Source: Chloroflexota bacterium (GTDB lineage Bacteria > Chloroflexota > Dormibacteria > Dormibacterales > Dormibacteraceae). From it: DNA of 64,000 nt. Below the pieces are notes generated by a model. The model did not search any database, was not told the DNA's origin, and saw only the letters and a program-made list of their open reading frames with translations. This document shows positions 49,147 through 57,326 of the stretch, piece by piece. The stretch lies in contig VBIU01000082.1 of the NCBI GenBank assembly GCA_005880945.1, forward strand, positions 1,505 through 65,504, read 5' to 3'. A program made the position numbers and the translations under genes. Every line of letters starts with the position of its first letter. Within the stretch, counting starts at the first letter, position 1.

Positions 49147-52059
49147 ATGATGTGGCGGGTGGCGGCCGTTGACCTCGACGCGATCAGAGATCGGCTCATG
49201 GCGGCGGTGGAACACGGGAGCGCACCGCTCGAGCTGTCGTCATTGCTTGTGCGAGGCGAGCCGATCACTTACGGGGAGGCCATTCGTGGCGAGTTCTCCA
49301 CGATCAGAGTCGGCGACCGCTGGGGGCCACCATGGAGCACCACCTGGTTCCATGTGACAGGTCGCCTGCCCGCCGACTGGGCGGGCCGGCAGGCGGTGGC
49401 GCGCTTCGACCTGGGCTTCGAAGGCCCGACCGGTTTCACATGCGAGGCCCTGGCATGGAAGGACGGCATACCCTGGCGCGGCGTCGATCCCAACCACGCG
49501 TGGCTTCCGATCTCCGGAACCGGGGTCGACTTCTACCTGGAGGCTGCGGCCAACCCGAGGGCCACCGTTTCGGGACCGGGCAGTGCGCAGTCGATGATCG
49601 CGCTGCGAGGTTCGGACGAGCCGGCGTTCACTCTCCGCCGGGCGGAGCTGAAGGTCCAGGATCCGGGACTGCGGAAGGTCGCTCTCGACTTCACTGTTTT
49701 GCTCGAGGTCGCCGGCGTACTGCCGGACGGCGACCGGCGCCGCGAGATCCTGCAGGCGTTGGACCGTTTTGCGCGATCAAACGATCCGGCAGCGCTGGCC
49801 GCGGTGGTGTCGCGACCCGGCGCATCGGACCATCTGATCACCGCGGTCGGCCACGCCCACATCGATACGGCCTGGCTGTGGCCGCTGCGCGAGGCCCGCC
49901 GCAAGTGCGCGCGTAGCTGGTCGACGCAGCTGGAGCTGATGGACGAGTATCCCGACTACGTGTTCGCCTGTTCGCAGCCGGCGCAATACGCATGGGTCAA
50001 AGAGTCATACCCGGACATCTACGCGAAGATCAGGGAAAAGGTGGCGATCGGCCGGTGGGAGCCTGTAGGGGCGATGTGGGTCGAGGCCGATTGCAACCTG
50101 CCATCGGGAGAATCGCTCGTTCGCCAGCTGTTGCACGGCAAGCGTTTCTTCATCCAGGAGTTCGGATACGAGACCAGGATCCTCTGGCTGCCTGACGTGT
50201 TCGGCTATCCGGGCAATCTGCCACAGCTCATCAAAGAGGCCGGGTGCGACTACTTCCTGACTCAGAAGCTCTCCTGGAACGACACCAACAAGCCGGAGCA
50301 CCAGACGTTCTGGTGGGAGGGCATCGACGGGACTCGAGTTCTCACCCACTTCCCGCCGGCTGACACGTACAACGGCGACTTCAGCGCCAAAGAGCTGGAG
50401 AGCAGCGTGCGGAACTTCAAGGACGCGTCGCGCTCCAACCATTCGCTGTACCTGTTCGGTTGGGGCGACGGGGGCGGAGGGCCCACGACAGAGATGATCG
50501 AGTCCGCACACCGAATCGGCGTTGGGTTGGGACACGCTTCCGAGTTCTTCGCGCGCGCCTCATCCGAGGCACGCGACCTGGTCACCGTGGCAGGCGAGCT
50601 GTACTTTGAGCTTCACCGCGGCACCTACACGAGCCAGTCGAACACCAAGCGTTTGAACCGGCTGGCGCAGACCGCGCTCCGCTATGCGGAGATGTGGTCG
50701 GTCGCGTCGTTGGACACGGGTTCCAGAGGTGTGCTCGACTCGATGTGGAAGACGCTGCTGCTGAATCAGTTCCACGACATCCTTCCAGGCTCGAGCATCG
50801 ATTGGGTTTACGAAGAGGCGAATCGGGATCTGCAACAAGTGGCGTCACAGGCTTTCGAGCTGAGCGACGCCGCGATTTCAACCCTGGCGGGCTCAGGCCA
50901 AGAGCTGGCCGTGTTCAATGTTGCGTCGCACCCTCGCCGAGAGATAGTGCCTTCGGACAGCGGCTTCGTTCGCGTGGAGGCGCCGCCCTGTGGGTGGGCC
51001 GTCCAAGTCGAACATCCGGAAGAAGAAGGTGTGTCTGTTTCGGATCACACCATGGAGAACAGCCTGCTGAGAGTTAGGTGGGACGACAACGGCGTCTTGA
51101 CCTCGATCTGGGATAAGGAGGTCGGTCGTGAGGTGCTGAGCGGACCAGGCAACTTGCTTCAGCTCCACGATGACAATCCCGCACGCTGGGACGCGTGGGA
51201 CCTGGATGCCGACTACCGGCGCTCATACGTGGAGGTCACCGAGATCGAGCAGGTCAAACTCCTGAGCGGACTCCGTGGAACGCTCAGATTCGGACGCAGG
51301 TTTGGCAATTCGAAGCTTGCTCAGTCCATGTCGCTTGATTCGGGTTCACGCGTGCTGCGCTTCGTGACGGGCGTCGATTGGCAGGAGCGGCACAAGCTTC
51401 TCAAGGTCGCTTTCCCAGTGTCGGTTAGCTCGCGTGAGGCCACATATGAGGTCCAGTTCGGACACCTGCGGCGGCCCACGCACGAAGAAACAAGCCAGGC
51501 GCGAGCGATGTTCGAGGTCTGCGCGCAGCGTTGGGCGGACCTCGGGGATCGCGACTACGGCGTCGCGCTGCTCAACGACTGCAAGCATGGATACGACATC
51601 CGCGGCTCGGTGATGCGCCTTTCGCTGCTCCGCGCGCCAACACATCCGGACCCAACCGCCGACCAGGGCAGCCACAACTTCACGTATGCGCTGATGCCAC
51701 ATCCGGGTGACTTTCGTGAGGCCGGCGTGATCGAGGCGGCTGAGGACCTGAATTTTCCACTCGAGGTCGTGCACAGCAGCCTGCCGGCAGGCAGCTCTCG
51801 GTCGCTGATCGATGTCGACACACCGCAGGTCATCGTCGAGGCGATCAAACGCGCGGAGGACTCCGACGCGACGATCGTTCGGCTCTACGAAGCCTGGGGA
51901 GGCCGGTGCCGCGCCCACATCCGGACCACGCTGCCGGCCAGGCGCGCCTTCCTGTGCGACCTGCTCGAGCGAGAGCGAGCGGAGGTCGCCGTGCACTCAG
52001 GCGAGCTCGACCTCGAGTTCGGGCCTTTCAAGATCATCACCCTCAGCCTGGAGCCCTAG
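49147..52059 (+). CDS. GH38 alpha-mannosidase
   Basis: ORF trimmed to ATG 49147. HAHIDTAWLWP, FACSQPAQY and WLPDVFGY motifs, about 970 aa. Confidence 0.9.
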   Translation: MMWRVAAVDLDAIRDRLMAAVEHGSAPLELSSLLVRGEPITYGEAIRGEFSTIRVGDRWGPPWSTTWFHVTGRLPADWAGRQAVARFDLGFEGPTGFTCEALAWKDGIPWRGVDPNHAWLPISGTGVDFYLEAAANPRATVSGPGSAQSMIALRGSDEPAFTLRRAELKVQDPGLRKVALDFTVLLEVAGVLPDGDRRREILQALDRFARSNDPAALAAVVSRPGASDHLITAVGHAHIDTAWLWPLREARRKCARSWSTQLELMDEYPDYVFACSQPAQYAWVKESYPDIYAKIREKVAIGRWEPVGAMWVEADCNLPSGESLVRQLLHGKRFFIQEFGYETRILWLPDVFGYPGNLPQLIKEAGCDYFLTQKLSWNDTNKPEHQTFWWEGIDGTRVLTHFPPADTYNGDFSAKELESSVRNFKDASRSNHSLYLFGWGDGGGGPTTEMIESAHRIGVGLGHASEFFARASSEARDLVTVAGELYFELHRGTYTSQSNTKRLNRLAQTALRYAEMWSVASLDTGSRGVLDSMWKTLLLNQFHDILPGSSIDWVYEEANRDLQQVASQAFELSDAAISTLAGSGQELAVFNVASHPRREIVPSDSGFVRVEAPPCGWAVQVEHPEEEGVSVSDHTMENSLLRVRWDDNGVLTSIWDKEVGREVLSGPGNLLQLHDDNPARWDAWDLDADYRRSYVEVTEIEQVKLLSGLRGTLRFGRRFGNSKLAQSMSLDSGSRVLRFVTGVDWQERHKLLKVAFPVSVSSREATYEVQFGHLRRPTHEETSQARAMFEVCAQRWADLGDRDYGVALLNDCKHGYDIRGSVMRLSLLRAPTHPDPTADQGSHNFTYALMPHPGDFREAGVIEAAEDLNFPLEVVHSSLPAGSSRSLIDVDTPQVIVEAIKRAEDSDATIVRLYEAWGGRCRAHIRTTLPARRAFLCDLLERERAEVAVHSGELDLEFGPFKIITLSLEP

Positions 52060-52355
52060 AACAGCCGCACCAGGGCCGCGGTGGCGGCGCCGGCGGCGAC
52101 TACTACCAGGAAAGGCGCACGCAGCAGGACGGCAACGCCGGCCACGGCAAGCGCCGCGCCGCGAGCGTCGAGAACCAGGTGGGTGCCCGTCGCGAATGTC
52201 TGCGTCGCGATCAGCGCTGCGAGCAGGGCGACCGGGAGCAACGGCACCGTGCGCTGGATGCGAGGGTCGCGAAGGAAGCGCTGAGGCAGTGACAGCCCGG
52301 CCAGCTTGATCGCGTAACACGCGGCAGAAGCGACGAGGAGCGGCGCCCAGCTCAT
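52056..52355 (-). CDS. azlD: AzlD branched-chain amino acid transport protein
   Basis: 99 aa, hydrophobic. LLVASAACYAIKLAGL start typical of AzlD. Overlaps the azlC stop and the GH38 stop. Confidence 0.8.
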   Translation of the reverse strand: MSWAPLLVASAACYAIKLAGLSLPQRFLRDPRIQRTVPLLPVALLAALIATQTFATGTHLVLDARGAALAVAGVAVLLRAPFLVVVAAGAATAALVRLF

Positions 52356-52993
52356 CGCGCGGGTCTCAGCCCGACTGCGACCACCAGCAGGGCAACGATC
52401 AGGAGCGGAACACCCGGCGGAACGAACGGGAGAACGACGAGCGCTACGATGGCCGCGCCCAGCGCTATCGCGATCGGTTCGCGCCCACGGAGCCGCGGGG
52501 CGATCAGGGCGAGAAACGCCGCCGGTGGGGCTGCGTCGAAGCCGAGGGCTTTTGGATCAGGCAGCACCTGCGTGGCCAGCGCGCCGGCCAGGGTGCCCAA
52601 GTTCCAGAGCGAGAAGAGGATCACCCCGGTGGCCCAGAACGCAAACCGGCTCTCGGCGGGCTTGTCTCGGGCGATCGCCATGGCGGTGGGTTCATCGATG
52701 ACAAAATGCGAGGCGACGACTCGGCGGAACCCAGCGACTTCCAGGAGTGACGAGAGCCTCACACCGTATAGCGCGTTGCGTGTGCCCACCAGCGCCGCCG
52801 TCGCCGCTCCGGCCCAAGGGCTCCCGCCCGCCCCGATGATGCCGACAAGAGCGAACTGGGACGCGCCAGTGAACATCAAGACCGAAAGCGCGCAGGTCTG
52901 CAGGACCGACAGGCCGGCACTGGTCGAGATTGCTCCAAACGAAAGAGCGTAGGCACCGCTCGCAATGCCGATCCCGAGCGCGTCTCTGACGAT
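52352..52993 (-). CDS. azlC: AzlC-family branched-chain amino acid permease subunit (start codon unresolved)
   Basis: GIGIASGAYALSFGAIS...SVLMFTGASQFALVG is the AzlC signature. No ATG/GTG/TTG lies between the upstream SDR stop (53023) and the conserved N-terminus, so the coordinate 52993 (ATC) is nominal. Confidence 0.65.
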   Translation of the reverse strand: MVRDALGIGIASGAYALSFGAISTSAGLSVLQTCALSVLMFTGASQFALVGIIGAGGSPWAGAATAALVGTRNALYGVRLSSLLEVAGFRRVVASHFVIDEPTAMAIARDKPAESRFAFWATGVILFSLWNLGTLAGALATQVLPDPKALGFDAAPPAAFLALIAPRLRGREPIAIALGAAIVALVVLPFVPPGVPLLIVALLVVAVGLRPAR

Positions 52994-53022
52994 TGCTCTT
53001 CGCGAGCTAGGCGATCTGGGTG

Positions 53023-53790
53023 CTACTCCGGCGTCACGTACGCCGCGCTGAGGCCGCCATCCACCAGGAAGGTGGCGCCGTTCACGTAGCTCGATTCGTC
53101 GCTCGCCAGGAACAAGGCGGCGTTCGCGATCTCCCTGGCCTTGGCCAGCCTTCCCATCGGCAGGTGCACGCGCCGCCGCTCGTACGCGCCGGGCGTCTCG
53201 GAGAAGAGGCGCATCAACAACGGTGTTTCGACCGGGCCTGGGCAAAGCGCGTTGACACGTATCCCCTGTCGCGCGAACTGGACGGCGAGCTCGCGGCTCA
53301 TCGAGAGAACGGCCCCCTTCGACGCCGTGTACGCCACCTGCGACGTGGCGGCTCCCATCAAAGCGACGAAGGAGGCCACGTTGATCACAGAGCCTCCGCC
53401 TGCCTTGAGCAGATGGGGAATCCCGTACTTGCAGCAGAGGAACACTCCCTTGGCATTGACGGCCTGGACCCTGTCCCAAGCGTCAGGCTCGGTGACGAGG
53501 ATCGAATCGTCGTCGGCCGGCATGATGCCGGCGTTGTTGTAGAGCACGTCGATGCGGCCGTAGCGCTTCTCGGTCTCCGCGTACATCGCCTGCACGCTCT
53601 TCGGATCGCTGACATCCGCCTTGAAGAAGAAAGCTTCCCGGCACTCGGCGGCCGCCTTCTCGCCAGCCTCGGCGCCCACGTCGGCGACGCAAACTCGGGC
53701 TCCCTCGCCCGAAAAAAGAATCGCGGCCTCGCGACCGATCCCACCGGCAGCGCCGGTGATGACGGCGACCTTGCCGTCGAGCCTTCCCAT
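53023..53790 (-). CDS. Short-chain dehydrogenase/reductase (SDR)
   Basis: Only the C-terminal 255 aa of track ORF 53023..54900 is used. TGAAGGIG, NNAG and YTASKGA motifs. The ATG shares 1 nt with the ALDH stop (TGATG). Confidence 0.9.
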   Translation of the reverse strand: MGRLDGKVAVITGAAGGIGREAAILFSGEGARVCVADVGAEAGEKAAAECREAFFFKADVSDPKSVQAMYAETEKRYGRIDVLYNNAGIMPADDDSILVTEPDAWDRVQAVNAKGVFLCCKYGIPHLLKAGGGSVINVASFVALMGAATSQVAYTASKGAVLSMSRELAVQFARQGIRVNALCPGPVETPLLMRLFSETPGAYERRRVHLPMGRLAKAREIANAALFLASDESSYVNGATFLVDGGLSAAYVTPE

Positions 53791-55142
53791 CAGCTCTCGG
53801 TCGACATGAAAACGTTCTTGACCTCGGAGTAGCCGTCCATCGCGTGCATGCCAAGCTCCCGTCCGAAGCCCGACTGCTTGAACCCACCGAACGGCGTGGT
53901 GACGCGCACGGAGCTGTTCGAGTTGATCGAGAGGACGCCCGTCTCGAGAGCTCGCGCCACCCTCAACGCCCGCGCACCGTCGCGCGTCCAGACGGACCCG
54001 GAAAGGCCGTAAGGCGTGTCGTTGGCGATGCTCACCGCCTCGGCTTCGTCGGCAAACGGGATGACCGCTGCGACCGGGCCGAAAACCTCCTCGCGGGCGA
54101 CCCGGTCCGTGTTGGTGGCGGCCACGAGAGTGGGCGGAAACCAGAAGCCGGCGCCGCCAGGCACGTTGCCGCGGAACAGCGGGGTGCCTTCGACGAACGC
54201 CGACACTTTCGCCCGGTGGTCTGCGGATATCAGAGGTCCCATCTCGGTGCCGGCGGCCTCCGGGTCGCCAACGCGCAAGCGGGCCGTCGCGTCGACGAGA
54301 AGCTTCAAGAAGCGGTCGTACACGGACTTCTGGACCAGGATGCGAGAGCGCGCGCAGCAGTCCTGTCCGGCATTGCCGAACACCGCGCCCGGCGCGGAAC
54401 CGGCTGCCCGCTCGAGGTCGGCGTCCTCGAAGATGATGTTGGCCGATTTGCCGCCGAGCTCGAGCGTCACCCGCTTTACGGTCTTGGCCGCGCCCTCCAT
54501 CACCTGGCGGCCAACCTCGGTCGAGCCGGTGAAGCCGATCTTGGCGACGTCGGGGTGCGCGATCAGCCGCTCGCCCACCACCGACCCTGGCCCGACCAGG
54601 ACATTGACCACCCCCTCCGGGATTCCTGCCTCGAGAGCCAGCTCGGCAAAGCGCAACGCCGTCAATGGCGTGAGCTCGGCAGGCTTGAGGACGACTGTGT
54701 TGCCGCACGCGAGCGAAGGCCCAAGCTTCCAGCTGGCCAGCATCAGTGGAAAGTTCCACGGCACGATCAGGCCGACGACGCCCAGCGGCTCCCGAAACGT
54801 CATGTCCACGCCGCCCGCGACGGGGATCGTTTCGCCGTAGTGCTTCTCGACCGCTCCCGCGTAGAAATGGAAGACGTCGGCGACCATGCCCATCTCCCAC
54901 CGCGAGTCGCCGAGCGGCTTGCCGACGTTCGCCGTCTCCAGGTGCGCGAGCCCCTCGGCATGCTCCTCAACGAGCGCTGCCACCCGACGCAGCAAGCGCG
55001 CCCGGTCGGCGGGCTTGATCGCGCGCCAGGCGGGGTATGCGGCGCGAGCGGCTGCCACGGCTCGATCCGTTTCCTCGACTCCCGCCCGCTCGAGTTGGGC
55101 GATTGGCTTCTCGGTCGCGGGGTTGAGAACCTCTAGAGCCAC
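53790..55142 (-). CDS. NAD(P)-dependent aldehyde dehydrogenase (PuuC/aminobutyraldehyde dehydrogenase-like)
   Basis: VPWNFPL, FTGST.VG, ELGGKS and GQDCCA (catalytic Cys) motifs. GTG start. Confidence 0.9.
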   Translation of the reverse strand: MALEVLNPATEKPIAQLERAGVEETDRAVAAARAAYPAWRAIKPADRARLLRRVAALVEEHAEGLAHLETANVGKPLGDSRWEMGMVADVFHFYAGAVEKHYGETIPVAGGVDMTFREPLGVVGLIVPWNFPLMLASWKLGPSLACGNTVVLKPAELTPLTALRFAELALEAGIPEGVVNVLVGPGSVVGERLIAHPDVAKIGFTGSTEVGRQVMEGAAKTVKRVTLELGGKSANIIFEDADLERAAGSAPGAVFGNAGQDCCARSRILVQKSVYDRFLKLLVDATARLRVGDPEAAGTEMGPLISADHRAKVSAFVEGTPLFRGNVPGGAGFWFPPTLVAATNTDRVAREEVFGPVAAVIPFADEAEAVSIANDTPYGLSGSVWTRDGARALRVARALETGVLSINSNSSVRVTTPFGGFKQSGFGRELGMHAMDGYSEVKNVFMSTES

Positions 55143-55148
55143 AGCGGG

Positions 55149-56483
55149 CTAACCGCGCTCGAAGAGCCGCTCGCGCTCGTAGCCTGTCACGACCTTGTCG
55201 AACTGCGACTGCTCAGTCCGCGCGTAGTTGAGATAGTGGTCGACGACCTCGTCGCCAAAAGCCTTTCGCGCCATCTTTCCTTCCTCCAGGGCGGCAATGG
55301 CGTCGCGCAGCGCATGAGGGAATCTCTGGACGTCAGATTCGTATGCATTGCCCTGGAACGCCGGCCCGAGCTCGAGCTTCTGCTCGATGCCGTGGAGCCC
55401 GGCGGCGATCAGGGCGGCGATCGCCAGGTACGGGTTCACGTCAGCTCCCGGGATCCGCGATTCGGTGCGCAGATGCTGGCCGTGACCGACGATCCGAAAT
55501 CCGCACGTCCTGTTGTCATGGCCCCAGGCGAGCGTCGTCGGCGCCCACGACGCCGCCGCGTATCGCTTGTACGAGTTGATGTTGGGCGCCAGGAAGATCG
55601 CGATCTCGGCCGCGCACGCGATGTGACCGGCCAGGTATCTCCTGAACGTGTCCGACTCGCCATCGAACGTGTTGCGGCCGTCCTTCCATAGGCTCGAGTG
55701 CACGTGGCACGAGCTGCCGATCCAGCGATGGTCGGGTTTGGCCATGAACGTCACGGAGCACCCATTCTGGTTGGCCATCTCCTTGATGCCGTTCTTGTAG
55801 ATGACGTGGTTATCGGCCATCGTCAACGCGTCGGAGAAATGGAAGTTGATCTCTTGCTGTCCAGGCCATGCCTCGCCTTTGGAGCTCTCGACTTTGATGC
55901 CTGCTTCCTTCATGCCTTTGCGAACGGCGCGGATGAACGGCTCGTCATAGCTGGTCGCGAGCACGTGGTAGTCGAGGATGTACGGGACCGATGGCGTGAG
56001 GTCCGTGTAGTTCTTGGAGTGCGCTTGCGCGAACGTCTCTTTCATGAGGTAGAACTCGAGCTCGGTGCCGAACATCGGCTCGAAGCCCATCGCCTTCGCT
56101 CGATCGATCTGTGCCCTGAGCACCTGGCGCGGTGAAGCCTTGACCGGCGAGCGGTCGTGCCAGGCGACGTCGCTCAACACGAGCGCAGTCCCCTCCAGCC
56201 AGGGGATCCGGCGCAGAGTCGCGAAGTCGGGGATCATGTCGAAGTCGCCGTACCCGCTTTCCCAGTTCGCCATCGCGTAGCCGGGCACGGGGTCCATGTC
56301 CATGTCGACGGCGAGCAGGTAGTTGCATCCCTCGACCGCCTCACCGTGCGCTGCCGACTCCATGAAGTACTCGGCGTCCACCCGCTTGCCCATGAGGCGG
56401 CCCTGCATGTCGGTGAAGGCGACGACGACGGTGTCGATGTCCCCCTTCTTCACAGCAGCCCCAAGCTGCTCCTTGGTCAACAA
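55149..56483 (-). CDS. Glutamine synthetase-family gamma-glutamyl-amine synthetase (PuuA/GlnA4-like)
   Basis: GS beta-grasp plus catalytic domain (ELEFYL, PGQQEINF, HVHSSLW, SYKR, NRT..FR.). Genomic context is permease, amidohydrolase and ALDH. TTG start. Confidence 0.8.
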   Translation of the reverse strand: MLTKEQLGAAVKKGDIDTVVVAFTDMQGRLMGKRVDAEYFMESAAHGEAVEGCNYLLAVDMDMDPVPGYAMANWESGYGDFDMIPDFATLRRIPWLEGTALVLSDVAWHDRSPVKASPRQVLRAQIDRAKAMGFEPMFGTELEFYLMKETFAQAHSKNYTDLTPSVPYILDYHVLATSYDEPFIRAVRKGMKEAGIKVESSKGEAWPGQQEINFHFSDALTMADNHVIYKNGIKEMANQNGCSVTFMAKPDHRWIGSSCHVHSSLWKDGRNTFDGESDTFRRYLAGHIACAAEIAIFLAPNINSYKRYAAASWAPTTLAWGHDNRTCGFRIVGHGQHLRTESRIPGADVNPYLAIAALIAAGLHGIEQKLELGPAFQGNAYESDVQRFPHALRDAIAALEEGKMARKAFGDEVVDHYLNYARTEQSQFDKVVTGYERERLFERG

Positions 56484-56503
56484 CCGATCACCAAGGCATT
56501 ACT

Positions 56504-56594
56504 CCCTCTCCATTTGAGGGGAGAGGGTCGGGGAGCGGAGCGTTAATAGGTGAAACCCTCTCCCCTTCGGGGAGAGGGGTCGGGGAGCGGGGCG
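56504..56594. repeat. Two tandem REP-like hairpin repeats (56504-56542 and 56556-56594) in the intergenic gap of the amine-catabolic operon
   Basis: CCCTCTCC-loop-GGAGAGGG-TCGGGGAGCGGAGCG and CCCTCTCCCC-loop-GGGGAGAGGG-G-TCGGGGAGCGGGGCG. Confidence 0.75.
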
Positions 56595-56610
56595 TGAGCT
56601 GGTACATCCG

Positions 56611-57282
56611 CTACCGGCGCCGTGCCCGGGCGACGAAACGCTCGAACAGCTTCGATGCCCAGGGCAAGTCTGCGGTGAGCTCCTCGGGGTGGCACTGCAC
56701 GGCGACGATCAGCCCGTCGTCCGACTCGAGGCCTTCGACGGTGCCGTCCTCGCCGGTCGCCGTCTGACGCAGCCCCAGCGCCACGGATCGAACCGCCTGG
56801 TGGTGCAGGCTGTTGACTTGAATCTCGCGCCCTTCGACAGCACGGCCGAGCTCAGAGGCAGGGTCGACAGACGCCCTGTGCGCCAGGTGGCTTCTGCCGT
56901 ACGCGCGAACCTCGTGGCCCTCGAGGTGCTGGAGAAGGGTTCCGCCCATCGCCACGTTGATCACCTGCTGGCCGCGGCAGATTCCGAGGACCGGGATCTG
57001 CTTTTGGCGCGCATCTTTGAAGAGCCGTATCTCTGTCTCGTCCAGCTCCGGATCGATGTCCCCCAACTTGGCGTCGGGCTTCTCGCCGTAGAGGGCCGGG
57101 TCCACATCCCACCCGCCAGGCAGGAGCAAACCGTCGAGGTGATCCAGGGTGCGGGTCCCGGGCGGGAGATAGACGGCCTCGGCGCCGGCCGCCTCCACCG
57201 CGCGGCCGTACGTCAAGTAGTAGTCGTCCCCCCGCTTCGGGCTGGTCGTAACTCCGATCTTCGGCCGGTTTCGGTCCACCAC
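56611..57282 (-). CDS. Gamma-glutamyl-amide hydrolase (class I glutamine amidotransferase / peptidase C26, PuuD-like)
   Basis: LLLPGGWDVDP, GICRGQQVINVAMGGTL (nucleophile Cys) and VQCHPE (His). Confidence 0.85.
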   Translation of the reverse strand: MVDRNRPKIGVTTSPKRGDDYYLTYGRAVEAAGAEAVYLPPGTRTLDHLDGLLLPGGWDVDPALYGEKPDAKLGDIDPELDETEIRLFKDARQKQIPVLGICRGQQVINVAMGGTLLQHLEGHEVRAYGRSHLAHRASVDPASELGRAVEGREIQVNSLHHQAVRSVALGLRQTATGEDGTVEGLESDDGLIVAVQCHPEELTADLPWASKLFERFVARARRR

Positions 57283-57326
57283 AGCTTCGTGCTCATGATG
57301 GACCGAACCGGTTGTTGTCCGTCTCG

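Noticed and set aside
53791-54900. N-terminal 370 aa of the 625-aa track ORF 53023..54900, and likewise the Arg-rich N-terminal extensions of ORFs 17254..18762, 19673..21586, 12107..13450, 29493..30377, 31500..32126 and 52352..53479.
   Set aside because: These extensions overlap the upstream, well-supported gene in another frame and are low-complexity. Internal ATG/GTG starts that overlap the upstream stop codon give proteins of the expected family length.
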